From assembly GCA_010093605.1 (NCBI GenBank), contig MU004184.1, positions 1,994,801 to 2,058,800 on the forward strand: a stretch of 64,000 bases of DNA. The letters are read 5' to 3'. Source of the stretch: Lophium mytilinum (taxonomy: Eukaryota). How positions within the stretch are numbered: position 1 is the first letter of the stretch; the number at the start of each line of letters is the position of its first letter. The notes under the pieces are model-generated. The model had not been told where the DNA came from. It made no database searches and was given only the letters and a program-made list of their open reading frames with translations. The translations under genes were made by a program, and so were the position numbers. Shown piece by piece: positions 12,614-27,280 of the stretch.

Positions 12614-15600
12614 CTACCTCCCCCTTTAAAAGCTAAAGTCCTATAAGGCTTATAATATATTATAGCTTCTCTATTCTTTCTATTCTATTTCTATTAAGCT
12701 ACTTATATAGCCTTACTATTTATATACTTACTATTCTCTATAGCTCTACTATATCTATTATTTCTATTATTTCTATTATTTTTATTATTTTTATTCTTAT
12801 ATTTATTCTTATATTTATTCTTATATTTATTCTTAAGCGCTATAAGCGGGCTATATAAATTAACCTAAGGCCTATTATTAGCTTCTATCTATTAGAGTTC
12901 TACTTTAGGTTGCCTATATAGAATAGCCTTCTTATAAAATAACTTAGCTACCTAATAAGGTTACTATTTATACTTACTTAGGCTAGTGCTTAGAATATTC
13001 TATAGGCCTACTATTACTATAGTAGCGCTTACGCTCTTACCTATTATCTTTATAACCTTCTATTTAGATATACTAAATATTAAATAAGGTTCTACTTTAA
13101 GGCTATACTTATTATAATACTTTATAAGCAGCTTATTATAGCTGTCCGCGTTCTAGTAAGGTTTCTATTTAGACCGGGTATTATTATATCTAGTCTAGGC
13201 TATTTTATATACTAGGTATAGTTTCTTACCTATATATAGATCTAATTAGCGGCTATTAAATTAGGAATTAAGGACTTTATTAATATAGTACTACCCTATA
13301 AAGCTATTATCTTCTATCTTAAAGGCTAGTAGGGGTTCTAGATATTATTTTAGAAGAGGTAGGTTTTTATTAACTTAATAAAGTAACTATAGATAGAATA
13401 CTAGAAAGATTTCTTTTATAGACTAAGAAAGTTTAAGCTTATAGGCTATATTATTAATAACGCGCGTTATATAAAAGAGACTAAGATTCTTATAGTTAAG
13501 AGACTTACTTAGCCGCGTAGTATAAATATTCTTAGTATTAAGTATAACTATATTATTAACTTTAAACTTAGGGGCCGGTAGGCGGTTCTAGTTAGCTAGT
13601 TTCTTTATCTTAGATTAATTCTAATGTAGTTTACCTTTAAGAAACTCGCGCAAGTTATAGATTTATATAATAAGCTTCTTAGCGGTGTCTACGCCTTATT
13701 TCTTAGGGCCCGGCATAATAATTCCTTAGGAGGAGGGTTTAAGGCTACTTCTAGGCGTATATTCTTTAGTAGCTTTAAATAGTAACACGCCGGTAGACTA
13801 ATTAATATTAGCGTTAGCCTTAAATTTAGTAAAGGCAATTAGGTTTACCTAGTTATCCTGCAGGTAGTAAATATACGCGCGCAGGTATTACTTTAAACTA
13901 GTATTAATAATCTTAGTTTATCTATTAGTCTCTAGATAGGCTATTATAGATAGCTTTAGGTATATTTCTACGTATTTATATAGATATTTCTAGAAAAAGA
14001 AGGTAAACTATATACTATAATTAGATATAATATAGTCTAGATAGCCTTTCTTATACTATATCTAGTTAATAAAGGCTTATATAATGTCTTCTAGCTCTAT
14101 AGAGTCTAGTAGAATAAACTTATATTTCTTAGAAAGCCTATTAATAACTACTATAATATATTAGTATATTTAGCCCTTAATAGTATAAGGCAGTAGCTTA
14201 GTAATAAAATTAATAGAGATATCTATCTAGTAATAATTTAGAATTAGTAGTAGTTTAAGTAGACTATACTTACTATCTTTATAGACCTTTATATATCTAT
14301 ATATAAGGTAGGCGTTAATATAGATAGTAATAGAGTTTATAATTTCTAGCTAGTAGTACTAGAAGGAGAGGCAATAATAGAGGGAGTTTCTTCTAGCATA
14401 GCCTCTAGAAAGAGAGTTATAGGCTTTCTTAATTAATTGCGTGCGGAGCTTTATATTATATAGAATATATAGGCGGCCGTTAATAAATAGCCTATCTTTA
14501 TAAATCTTATAGTTACTAAGCTTAATTTTAATACCTTATTTTTAAATAAGTTTAAGTAGAATTTATTATTTACCCGTTTCCTTAGCGTGTATAATATGCT
14601 AGAGGATATTATTCTCTATATAGGCTTAATTAATCTACTAAATAGTAGTATTATTAGTATAGTTCTCTAGTAAGTTCTTATCTAACTTATTACTAGGTTT
14701 AGACACTTCCGGCGCTTCTTTCTTAGGTAGACTATTAGTAGCCGTAGGTATTATAACTTTAGGGGCAGCGTTCTATAGATCTTTATCTAACTTACTATAA
14801 TTAGCTATAGCCTTAGTTAAGCGCTTCTTTTCTCTTATTTTATTAGCTGCTAGAATAATATATAGAATATCTATAGGGTGCTACTCTATAATATTATATA
14901 TTAGCTAGGCGAGTTAGATAATAGTTACTTTCTATTTATTAAGAAGTATACTAGCAAGCTAGAGGGCTTAGTATATTTCTTCTAGTAGGTTTCTCTTTTT
15001 TAATATAGTCTATATTTAATATATAGTTCTAGAATTATTTAAATTATCTAGAATATTACTAGGCCTATAAGTAAGGCTATTAGGCTTAGTTAACTACTTA
15101 CCTAGTCGCTAGTTTAGGATAAAGTTAAATTAAGAAAGGTATTTAGCCTATTAGGCTTAACGGCGATTTAACTACTTAGAAGATATAAAGTATTCTAGGT
15201 TCTTATAGTCTATTTATATAAGTATTAGATTAATAACGCTAGTAAGCTTAGGTTACTATTCTTTAAAGGCTTAAATAATGGCGAGCAGTTCTTTATTATA
15301 GATTTTATAGTTATACTTAGTAGGGGTTATCTTCTTTAAGAGAAAGGTAATAGAACGTAGGATTCTATCTAGTCTATATTATAAAAGAATTACAGCTATA
15401 ATATAATCTAAAGTATTAGTTTTAAGAATATAGTCTAGGTCCGGGTTAAAATAAGCAAGTACTAAAGCTATTAGAAAGAAGGCTTTAAGTTTCTTAAAGG
15501 CTTAAGCTGCTAGGCTATTAGTAAGTAGAGGAAAGTTACTTTATTCTATAGTCTTCTTAGTAAGCTTAGTTAGTAGAGCGGCGATTTATAAATAGCTGGC

Positions 15601-16798
15601 GATAAATTACTAGTAGAAGTTATAGAAGCCTAGAAATAATTAAATATTCTTAATATTCTAGGGTAGCTTCTAGTTCTAGATAGTACTAACTTTAGTTAAG
15701 TCTATTTCTATACTGTTAGGCGTAATAATTAGTCTAAGATACTTAACACGTTTAACTAAGAAGTAACACTTATTAATATTAAGAAAGAGACCTATATTAT
15801 ATAAGGCAGTAAGAATATTTATATAGTCCTTCTTATAATCTTTCTTATTATTACTATATATAAGGATGTTATCTATATAGGCTATATAGTAGATATTAAG
15901 ATATAGTTATAGTATAGAGTTAATAAATAATTAGAATATACCGGGGGTATTATAGAGGCTAAAGGGTATAACATTAAATTTAAACACGCCGTATTAGGTA
16001 CGGAAAGCTATTTTAGGTTAGTCGCCGTCTTTAACGCGTATATTATTAAACACGGTAATTATATTAAAAATAAAGTATATCTTAGCCTTATAAAGCTGCA
16101 TAATTATATTATATAGAAGGGGAGGCGCGTTCTAGTTCTTAATTATAATTTTATTTAGTAAGTAATAATCTATATAAATGCGGAGTTCTCTACCTAGCTT
16201 ATAGATAATAATAATAGGCGCTATAAATAGCAACGTGCTGGAATAAATAAAGCTTTTCCTAAGCATCTTATTAATATAGGCCTTAACGGCGCGCAGCTTA
16301 TTATAAGAGAGGCTATATTAGCGCAGGACTAGAGGTTTTATATTTAGGTCTTTAAAGTTAATAGTATAGTCTATACTAGGCCTATATAGTAGTAGTTTAT
16401 TAGCTACTTATAGATTAAACGCGTCTAGAATCTAATAGAAGAAAGGAGAAATCTTCTATTAAAGCTAATTCTTTATATATAGCGATTTAGTTATTTTCTT
16501 CTTAAATTAATAGTAATTTTCTATAGTAATACCTGCAAGGTTTACTACCTAGCGCCTATAGGCGTGTTGCTTATCCATTTTATTAGGCTAGTCTAATTAC
16601 TTAAAGTCTTGTAAAGTAATAGTTATTACCGCGTTCTTATCTTATTTTACTATAGTAGAATAGGCGTATATAGAGATAAACTAAATATTATATTTAGGTA
16701 GTTTATCTAGTAGAACTAGTTTAGAAGGAAAAGGCTTCCTATTATAGTTAAGCTAAGGGGAGTCTTTAGTATTATTAGGCCCTTTAATAATAGGGCTA

Positions 16799-16860
16799 AA
16801 GTTAGAGTTAGAGTTAGAGTTAGAGTTAGAATTAGAGTTAGGGTTAGAGTTAGAGTTATA
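16799..16860 (+). repeat. (GTTAGA)n hexamer tandem repeat inside Gypsy pol
   Basis: About ten consecutive GTTAGA units with minor variants. Confidence 0.85.
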
Positions 16861-19765
16861 TTAAGAGCTATAGAAGTTGCCTAGGTTCTAGTATAGTTTA
16901 ATTTTAATATATTTTAAGTAGATAAGGCTCTTTATAATAACTAGCCGGCTATAGCAGAGGTAGTTAGATATGTAATAGTTAGATTAAAAGATAAGTTACA
17001 TCTTTCTAAAGCTAATAGTAGAGTTATAAAGTTAAAGCTAGAGTATACCTAGAATTATATTATATTATCTAGTATTAGTAATATAGTAGGTAATAGTATT
17101 ATAGTAGTTACCTATATAGAAAGTAATATCTACTATATAGTCTAATATAATAGAGGGCTTACTATTAGTAAGCTTAAGGATAATAGGTTATAAAAGAGGT
17201 TAGGTAGGTATCTTATAAAGGCGCGCGGTCTTTAAATAAAGGAACTAAGAGCCTAATCCTATATTAGAAAGAATCTTAGTAGTAAATAAATTAGAATTAG
17301 ATTAGAGAATACTACCTAAGAAGCTAAACTATTTACTATTAACTAGTTAAGGTATAAGCGCAGATATACGCATAATAACCGGCTTAATTTCTTATTCTAA
17401 AATAGTAATCCTATCTATAACCGCTCTTAATTTTCTATTATTAAAGGCTGTTAGAGGTTCTTAGTAGTAACTATTACTAAGAACTAAGTATTTCCTATTA
17501 TTTTATTATAGGCAGAGCTAGTATTTATAGCGCTAATATTAACGCTAGTAAGGTTAATCTTATCTATAAGGCTACTAACCTTATAGATTAAAACTAGCTA
17601 TTAACTAATATATAGGGCGTTGCTATTAGCTATATAAAAGAAAGATATAATATAATTAAATTTATAGCACCTTAGAAATACAACCTAAGAAGTACTTCTA
17701 GGGGCTACTTAAGGCCCTATAAACGTTTATATATAGTATTAAAGCTCTATAAGCCGTACTAGCAGCGTTATAGTAGAATTACGTATTACAACCCCTATTA
17801 TGCAGTATTATTAACAATAATAATAATAATAATAACACTACTAATAACACTAATAATAACCCTAAAACTAAACCTACTAACTAAAGACTAAGTAGAATAT
17901 CTATACTAATATCTAAGCGCTTATTAAAGAAGCCTATAGTATATAGAACTCTCTATAAAATAAGCCTATATCCTCTAACCCTAAGATAAATAACGCCCTT
18001 AAGCACCTCTAGAACTTCGCCGGGCGCGTACTAGCTAGCCTCTTAGGCACTATAAAGAACCTATAATAAACGCTATAAAGGAAGATAATAAAAATAATAG
18101 AGAAAATATAGAAGAGTATATAGGCGCTATCTATACAAGAAATAACCTACATAGTAGTAATAGCGGCAGAAAGAAATAGTAAGACTATAGAAAATAGGGA
18201 GTATATAATATAGACTATCTATAAAATTACTATATATATTAAGAATAAGAAGAAACGCGCTATAATAAATAAGAACTTAAACGCAACTATTACCTATAAG
18301 CTTTAAGTAGTAGAAGAGCCTAATATAATAAAGATCTATAGTATTAGAAAGCTCTAGAGCAGAGACGTAAAGGCCTATATACTAGACGCAACCGCTAAGA
18401 AAGCCCTATTAAAGAAGAAGGAATAGATAAAGGTTCTAGGTAAAATAGTATAAATCTAACTACCTAAGGTCCTTCTAGAGGTGCATAGAGTACCTAAAGA
18501 GATAGATCTAGAGGACCTAATACTATAAAGTAGTATTATATAAGATAATAAGGTACTATACCTAGGCCTAGCTATATATAAGATTATATAGAAGCACCTA
18601 AATTAAATCTAGGCTATTAGAAATAACTCTAAATAGCGCGCCTTATTAGCTATAGTTACTATAGATATAGAGGCAATAGTAAATAAGATTATAGATAGCA
18701 GGCTAGCATAAAATAGATATATACTAGAGGCTATAAAGTATAAGATAGGCTTTATAGCTACCTAATGCTTTTAATGCTAGGGCTATAGGCATATTACTAG
18801 ATACTATAAAAAGGAGGCAGTATACGCGGCGTGCGCAGGAGCTTATAATATAAGATAATGCACAGAGGAGAGTATTAGAAAGTACACTAACTATAAAAGA
18901 AGCTACCTATTATATAGTGCAGCGTGCACTATAAGAAAGAATGCTTAACTAAAAGCTAATATAAAGAGGTAGGTAGCACTAACCTACTATAGAGCTAATA
19001 ATAGCCCTAATAATAATACTAATAATACGCCGGGCATAGTAATATTCTAATCTATAATAGAATTACAAGCTCTTAATATAGTAAGTAGAAAGAGAAAGGC
19101 TACTAAGAATAGCAACGCACTAGACAGTAGCACCCTAAGGAGAGTAGAACGCCCCCCTATATCTACTATATTTACTACATATAAGGACCTAAAATAACTA
19201 AAGATAAATAGAGTACTATAGTCTATCTATGCTATATAGACTACCTAATTAATATATACTTCCTATTTAATATAGTAGCCTAACTATAATAACCTATAGC
19301 CTTACTATAATAGCCTATAGCCTTTCTATAGAACTCTATAGCCTATCTATAAAACACTATACTACTCTTAGATAATAATCTACAGTAATAACGCTGGACT
19401 ATTACAATTTAACGTAACTTAGGTACTATCTACCTAGAAAGAAGAGGTAGCGAGCTATTAGCTCTATACTAAGGCTAGCTAGGCCGCAATAAATAACCCT
19501 AAAAACTCTATAGATATCTAATATTAGGGTAATCTAATATACTTACTATTATATAGTATAATATTAATAAGAGCCAAGAGACCTAAAGGGAGTTCCTTAA
19601 AAAGATAGAGGCGGCCTAGCTCTAGCTATTAGTACTAGCTATATAAGAACTATAGAAAAATACCTAGAAATATACCTTACTATATATAAAATTATACTAC
19701 CTACTATATAGAGGAAGCCTAAAAGCTAGAATATATATATATATTAATAAGTACCTAAACCTAGG

Positions 19766-20390
19766 NNNNNNNNNNNNNNNNNNNNNNNNNNNNNNNNNNN
19801 NNNNNNNNNNNNNNNNNNNNNNNNNNNNNNNNNNNNNNNNNNNNNNNNNNNNNNNNNNNNNNNNNNNNNNNNNNNNNNNNNNNNNNNNNNNNNNNNNNNN
19901 NNNNNNNNNNNNNNNNNNNNNNNNNNNNNNNNNNNNNNNNNNNNNNNNNNNNNNNNNNNNNNNNNNNNNNNNNNNNNNNNNNNNNNNNNNNNNNNNNNNN
20001 NNNNNNNNNNNNNNNNNNNNNNNNNNNNNNNNNNNNNNNNNNNNNNNNNNNNNNNNNNNNNNNNNNNNNNNNNNNNNNNNNNNNNNNNNNNNNNNNNNNN
20101 NNNNNNNNNNNNNNNNNNNNNNNNNNNNNNNNNNNNNNNNNNNNNNNNNNNNNNNNNNNNNNNNNNNNNNNNNNNNNNNNNNNNNNNNNNNNNNNNNNNN
20201 NNNNNNNNNNNNNNNNNNNNNNNNNNNNNNNNNNNNNNNNNNNNNNNNNNNNNNNNNNNNNNNNNNNNNNNNNNNNNNNNNNNNNNNNNNNNNNNNNNNN
20301 NNNNNNNNNNNNNNNNNNNNNNNNNNNNNNNNNNNNNNNNNNNNNNNNNNNNNNNNNNNNNNNNNNNNNNNNNNNNNNNNNNNNNNNNNN
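19766..20390. other. Assembly gap
   Basis: Run of N. Confidence 1.
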
Positions 20391-22389
20391 TCTAGTATAA
20401 CCGCAAGAAAAGAGCTATATAGAAAGAGAGCACTAAGGTATAGCGCTATATAGTAGAGAAGGTAATAAATAACTCTAAAGGGGCATAGAAACTAGCTAAA
20501 TAGGGCTGCACAGTTAAAAAGAAATTAAGGCCCCCTTCTTAATTTCCCCCCCTCTTCTAGCTAGGTAACTCTACCCTATATATAGATAATAAAATAAAAG
20601 TATATATACTTACTAAATAGTTCTTTCTACTACTAGTAGAAGCTAACCTATCTAATCTAGAAGGGTTCTAATACCTAGAACTATATACTACCTTTATAGA
20701 AGTTACTATAGAAGATATACTCTTAGTACTAATAGAAATTACGCTAGATAAGGCCCCTAGAATTATAGGAATTATAAATAGATTTCTAAAGAAGTATAAG
20801 ATATAACTAGTACTAGTACTTACCCGCTTCTTTATAAAGTACCTATATAGAGAATACTACCCCCGCCTATTTAAAGAATTAATTATAGTAGTTCTATATA
20901 AACTCTAGAAAGCGTTCTATATAATAGTAAAAGCCTACAGGCCTATTACGCTGCTAGAAATAATAGGTAAGCTATTTAAACGCATTATAGCTAAGAGGCT
21001 CTCTAAGATAGTAGAGGAAAAGGGCATGCTACCGCCTAGCTAAATAGGGGTACAGCTAGAACGCTCTATATAGATAGTACTTAAACTTCTTATAGAATAA
21101 ATCTATACTATATAGAAAGAAAACCCATAGCTTATAGTATTACTTCTTAGCCTAGATATATTAGAAGCGTTTAATTAAGTCTTATATAAATAAATAATAT
21201 ACAACCTACAGGTCTAGAGTATACTAGAGTAGATAATAAGGTTTACTAGGTTCTTTCTATAAGACTATATAACTAGGCTCTCTATAGGAAGCTATATAGT
21301 AGAACTAATTATAGTTACTATAGGCATTCTATAGGGCTTCTCCCTATTACCTATTCTTTTTCTCTTCTTTACTAGTATACTACTACTAACTCTTTAGAAT
21401 AGTAATATAACGGCCTATAGGTTTATAGATAATATAAACATCCTTATATATAGTAGAACTATAGAGGTAAACTATAGGGCTATTAAGAGAGTTTATAATA
21501 GATGCATAGAATAGGTAAGAAAGCACGGCGTAGTATTTATACTAGATAAATATTACCTAATATACTTTATAAGAGCCTATAAAGAAGTTAACCTAAAAGC
21601 TATAGTTAATATATAAGGCTTTATAGAGGGCCCTATAATAGACCTAAGAGTACTAGGGGTATAGATAGACTTAAAGCTTAAATAGGGCCTATATATTAGC
21701 ATTATAAAGAATAAAGCTATAACCTAGATAGAAGTACTTACGCGGCTTATAGTATCTACCTAGGGCGCTAGCTTTAGAAAAGCACGCCTAATATACTTAG
21801 TAGTAGTCTAGCCTACTATTATATATAGATATACTACCTAGTATACTATACTAGGTATGCTAGAGTAGCTTAGTAAGATAAAGATTAAGTAGCTTAAAAT
21901 AATCTAGAACTAATACCTCTAAAGAATCTTAGGGGCCTATAAGACTATAAGCACTATAGTACTAGAATATAAAATATTATACCTACTACTCTAGCTAAAA
22001 CTAGAGGAACTTATAGTAGCTTACGCAGACTATACGCGTAAAGGGCTAGCATGCTAGTATATTAAAATAGCATATAGTAATATATAATAGAAAATCTATA
22101 CCTACTATAGGCTACTTATAAGGCTAAAGTACAGCTCTAGCCGCTATAATATACTCTATAATCTTATAGTAAAGGCTATAAGGTTATATACTAGATATAA
22201 AGATAAATTAGATAAAGCCTATAAGCGCTTAAGGCGATTTATAATTAAATGCAAATATAAAGAAAGATAGAAGAAGGTATAGAAGTTCTTTTATAAAATA
22301 GAATAGCGCGGGCTACTAACGCCGGCCCTTAATACTAAATAGAGTAAATAATAGAAGACTATATATAAAGGGCTTATAAAGGTTAAAAG

Positions 22390-22814
22390 NNNNNNNNNNN
22401 NNNNNNNNNNNNNNNNNNNNNNNNNNNNNNNNNNNNNNNNNNNNNNNNNNNNNNNNNNNNNNNNNNNNNNNNNNNNNNNNNNNNNNNNNNNNNNNNNNNN
22501 NNNNNNNNNNNNNNNNNNNNNNNNNNNNNNNNNNNNNNNNNNNNNNNNNNNNNNNNNNNNNNNNNNNNNNNNNNNNNNNNNNNNNNNNNNNNNNNNNNNN
22601 NNNNNNNNNNNNNNNNNNNNNNNNNNNNNNNNNNNNNNNNNNNNNNNNNNNNNNNNNNNNNNNNNNNNNNNNNNNNNNNNNNNNNNNNNNNNNNNNNNNN
22701 NNNNNNNNNNNNNNNNNNNNNNNNNNNNNNNNNNNNNNNNNNNNNNNNNNNNNNNNNNNNNNNNNNNNNNNNNNNNNNNNNNNNNNNNNNNNNNNNNNNN
22801 NNNNNNNNNNNNNN
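22390..22814. other. Assembly gap
   Basis: Run of N. Confidence 1.
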
Positions 22815-25800
22815 CCTTAGCGCCCCCTCTTAACTAGTACTTAGTATAGATAGTTAGCTTTAGGTCTCTACTATATACTCTATAATATATACTTTCTATA
22901 TACTTTCTATCCCTTATAGCCCTTCTATTCTTAAATAGCCTACCTACTTTATAATAGTATATACACGCGGCTTTCTCCCTCCCGCTATTAGTTAGTTATA
23001 CTATAAGGGCTTATACTTACTATAAGCGGCTATATACTTTCTAATTATAGACTATAAACTATATACTCTATACTCTTAGCCCTTCTATAGCTATTAACTA
23101 TACTATAGAGGCTTATATATACTACTATAGCTATAAACCCTATATAGCCGCTTATAGCCCTTCTACTCTTATAGCCTGCCTATAAACTATATACTTTCTA
23201 TATACCTCTACTATATACTACCTATATACTACGCAGCCTTTCTATCTCTAATAGCCTATACGGCTACTATTTATTTTACCTTATTACCTTAGATAAAGGC
23301 CCTGTAAGCGCACTACTTATACGCGGGCCCTTACGCTAATTCTATACTAGCCTTGCATCCGGATTCTACTTAGCCTAAACCTAGGAGGATAATAATAAAC
23401 CTTTTTAGATAGATATAGAAAGATATATCTTAATAGCTTATTCTATAGTAGTTTTTATAGACCTACTATATATCCCCTATAGTAAAATATAAAGAAGAAG
23501 GGCGCCTAACACTAGATATAATAGAGAATAAGGTTTTTACCTAAATACTACCCGGCAGCAAATAGTTTTCCCCTTATAAATTAGCCTAGATAGAATAGCT
23601 ATATAGACCCTAATAGGAGCTATACTAGTATAATAGAATTTAATAATAATATTAGCTATATATTTATATTTAAAATAGTTTTAGTAGTAGCCTAGCTATT
23701 TAAGGTAAGTAATAGTATAGTAATTGCAACTAAAGAGGCCTAGAGAGTTATTTATAGTAGTAGTAGTTAGAGTAGTATTACTATTTTTAGATATTTACTT
23801 AGCGTTAGTAAGCGGCGGGCGGCAAGGTATAGTTAAGCTAGCGCCCGTAGGTTTATAGATATCGCGCGTAGACTTAGAAGTTTTCTTATCCTTATAGATA
23901 TTCTTATTTAGTTTAATAATATCTAGCTATAATTCTAGGGTCTAAAGGAAAGTAATAAATATTATTATATTACTATTTTATCTATTAGCGGCTTTATACT
24001 TAAGGCTATTAGTAAGATTACACTATATATAGTAGATCTTCTTAGAGTTCTTAAGATAGAGGGAGGCTATGCTAGTATTAAAGCAGCCTACCTAGGTTAT
24101 AATATACTTATTCTTCTCTTATATAAACTTACTATTATATAAGTTAGTACGCGCATTAGCTACTTTATTAAAGGGTCTATAGACCTTATTTAGGTTATTA
24201 ATTAATTTCTCTATAAAGAGGTATAGCTTATTACTATTAGATTTAGCGCGGTAGAAGATTATATTAAATACTTTACTCTTAAGTCTATTATAAATATATA
24301 CTATATAATAATATATAGTAGCGTATAATAGTATATAGATATCTAGCTTACTAAGTACCTATATATACTACTACTAGTAGAATAGCTTATTCTTATTACT
24401 ACTACTAAACTTATCTAGATTAGGGTAGTAATATATTACTGCGTATATACCGGGGTTAGAAATAGGCGTAAATAGAGTAGTAGACTTGCTCTTAATAGGT
24501 TTAAACTATAGAGGCTAGCTAATAGAATATTAATAAAGTAGAACTATAAGTATAGAAGAATAAGTACTATTATTATCTAAATTATAGTTAGAGTCTAGAG
24601 GCGGTAGGCATATAGCCCCCTATTAATATAGCTATTATTTAAGCTTCTTAATATAGTTAGTAAGCTATTTATATATATTCTTAATTATATAATATTTACC
24701 GCGCTAGTAGTTATAGCGTAGGCGCATCTAGTTAAGCTTTTAGTTAGCCTAGTAGCTACTAGTAATATACTAAAGCTGCTTAGCGTAATAAGCCTCTAAT
24801 TCTTATTCTACTATAGCAGTATTATTAGAGGTATCTTATTTATACTTTTAGTATTTATTCTAGAGGTTATTATAGAGCTTATTTTTCTTATTAGCTTTCT
24901 TAAAGCCTACTTTATACTCTATATAGAGCTTCTAGAAGGATTTCTACTATACTAGGTTATTCTTATTTACTATAGTAGTAAACTCTATCTTATTAGTAAC
25001 TATAGTATTAATAGTTATAGTACTATTACTATAATAGTTAAGAAGCTAGACTAGTAGCTATATATAGCGCTATAGGTTAGTTTCTTATAGTCTCTCTAGA
25101 ATATCTATATACTTAGGCTTAGTATCTAGAATCTATTTAGTCTTATAGCGTGTAACTAGAATAGAGGCTTATTAGTCCGCTATAGATACTTAGTAATAAG
25201 TAGCGCGCAGCTAGCCGCCTCTAGCTTAAGGTTTATATATATTATCTTCTATAATAAATTAAATAGCGCGCTTATCTAGAATATTTATGCTAGGCGTTAT
25301 AAAGCCGCCTTTATTATTAGAGTTATAGTCTAGGTTAAGTTTATTAGTAATATTCTAGTTTAAGGTTCTAGTAGCATTAACTTATTTATCTACTAAGCGT
25401 TTAGAGCGCTAGGTGTTAGCGCGCTAGGTATTAGTGCGCTAGGTATTAGTATACTAGATATTAGCACGCTAGGTATTATCTATAGTCTATAAAAAGGCTT
25501 AGGTATTAGTATTTAGAATTAGTTCTCTAGTTTTATATTAGGAGCTAGAAATAATAGCTAGAGTAGAAGAGCCCTTAGCTGCGCCTTAAAAATAAGTAAG
25601 TTATATAGCGTAGTAAGCTTTCTTATTACTAGCAGTTAATAGAGTTATAGAAATATAGGTAATTAGTAGTTCTTCTAAAGTATTTAGGTTAGCGCTATTT
25701 ATAGTACCTAGAGTCTTTAGATTATCTTAAAGCCTAGCTATTTAATTAACTAGCTTATTTAAAGAAGGCGGTGCTAGATTATCTACTAGGTTAGATTTAG

Positions 25801-25929
25801 GTGCCGCGCGTAGCTATATAGCTAGGCCGGCTAGTATTTAAATTATTTTAGTAAAAATACCTAGATCTTATAATAGAGTTCTAGAAAAAATTAATAAGAT
25901 TCTAAGTATAGAAGAGTAAGCTTAGATTA

Positions 25930-26151
25930 TATAGGGGGCTAATATAATATAAGTAATAAGGTATATTAACTATTATAAAAATCTAAGCTAAGGAGGAGAG
26001 AGAGAGCTAGGAGCTCTTAAGAGGTTGTAGTTTAACGCCGGCGTATAGGCCGCGGCCTAGCGCCTCAGGCTAGCGTCTTGCTTAGATTATATAAGGGGCG
26101 GCATGTAACCTTAGTATATAATTATTATAATTCTAGATTTATACTATAATA
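25930..26151 (-). repeat. 5' LTR (222 bp)
   Basis: Direct repeat of 12392-12613; the differences I saw are C/T or G/A transitions. Confidence 0.93.
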
Positions 26152-27280
26152 TTACTTAATTAAGCTTTATACCTTAAAAAACGCTTTAGTATCTTAGATT
26201 TTCTAGGCACGGTTATTTTAAGTAAATTACTTTTTCTTTTAAGCTTTCTTTCTTTACTATTATACTTTTTAGTAAGGTTTTTTTAGACTTACTTTATAAT
26301 ATTAGTAATATTTTACTTAAGATTTATTATTACTTAAAGAGATCTAGAGGGGTCTCTAGTTATACTAAGCTTTTAAGTTTATATTTTTAGGTTATCTATT
26401 TTCTAACCTTCTATTATAGCTAGTATATTACGTGCTAGAGCCTCTATTAGTTTAGATACTACTAATTTATACTTTAAAAGAGTATTATTAATATACTATT
26501 AGCCTTTTCCCCTCTTTATCTTATTACCTAGATAGAATTTAACTATAGCTAGTTTATAGTTACTATAGCCTTTTAAATCTTTAATTACCTATCTATAGTA
26601 CTAATCTAGTATTTATAGCTTTATATATATTCTATCTATTTAGCTTAAACTTTTATCCCCGTACTAGATATACTATAGCTTATTAGGGTAAGCATTCCGC
26701 TATCTATTAACTAGATTACTTATATCTAGTACTAATTATAGAGTCTTTCTTATACTAAGAGTATATTATACTAGGGGTTTTAATTAAATTCTATTTTAAC
26801 TATATTAAAATCTCCGGCTAGAATATCTACCTACTTTATAAAAGGATAGTCTTTAACTTAATTAAAAAATTCTACTTACCCCGTTCTATTATTTAAACTT
26901 GGAGCGTATACCCCTAGAATGCTTACTTTCTAAGAAGATGCTTCTACCTTAATTTTAATGCCTAGGTATCTTCCCTTAGAATCTTTAAATTCCACGGAAA
27001 TAGAATTATAATTAGTCCGGCTGCTTAGTAGTAGAATAGCTACTCTAGTCCTATCTAGGTATAGGCAGTTCGTTATAAATGTTACCTTTTTGCGCCCTCA
27101 TTCCCTATAGTAGTAAGTGAGCCTTTCTTTAACTTCTTTCTTAAGCCTAATTTCTTAAAGAAGCAGTATATTAATTCTGCTGTCTCGTGCTAGGGTAATA
27201 TAGCCTCCCACGCTCTACTAATCGCTACTACTACCTTAGCAGTTCCAAGTTGCAATTCTTATAATGTTGTTATATTTAAT
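26152..27280 (-). mobile_element. L1/Tx1-type LINE ORF2, AP-endonuclease domain (RIP-damaged)
   Basis: IRIATWNC*G ~27260, INILLL*E, LAGDFN ~26810, IDRIY ~26630. Continuous with the RT fragment once the Gypsy element is removed. Confidence 0.88.

Larger units (their letters stand above)
17525..23397 (+). mobile_element. Tad1-like LINE nested antisense in the Gypsy element, RIP-degenerated (ends approximate)
   Basis: ORF1 relic with three zinc knuckles ~18760-18930. RT relics KAYRPITLLE.IGKLF ~20930, GI.QGSPL.PILFLFF ~21320 and F(V)DD-like ~21422. 3' end at AATAATAA ~23390. Confidence 0.85.
12392..26151 (-). mobile_element. Ty3/Gypsy LTR retrotransposon, RIP-degenerated, with a nested LINE
   Basis: Two 222-bp direct repeats and a polypurine tract (GGGGGAGG on minus) beside the left LTR. 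Minus-strand relics lie in Gypsy order: RT YID(N)IL ~15870, RNase H LETDAS-like ~15420, integrase HPETDGQTE-like ~13930. Confidence 0.92.

Noticed and set aside
16799..16860. GTTAGA/GTTAGG run resembling interstitial telomere
   Set aside because: Only one TTAGGG unit is present. It lies inside Gypsy pol and is better explained as a RIP-altered low-complexity coding repeat.
25405..25480. 15-bp tandem repeat (GCGCTAGGTRTTAGY); also 12-bp repeats near 12790-12835
   Set aside because: No unique spacers, so not CRISPR-like; these are internal repeats of the Gypsy element.
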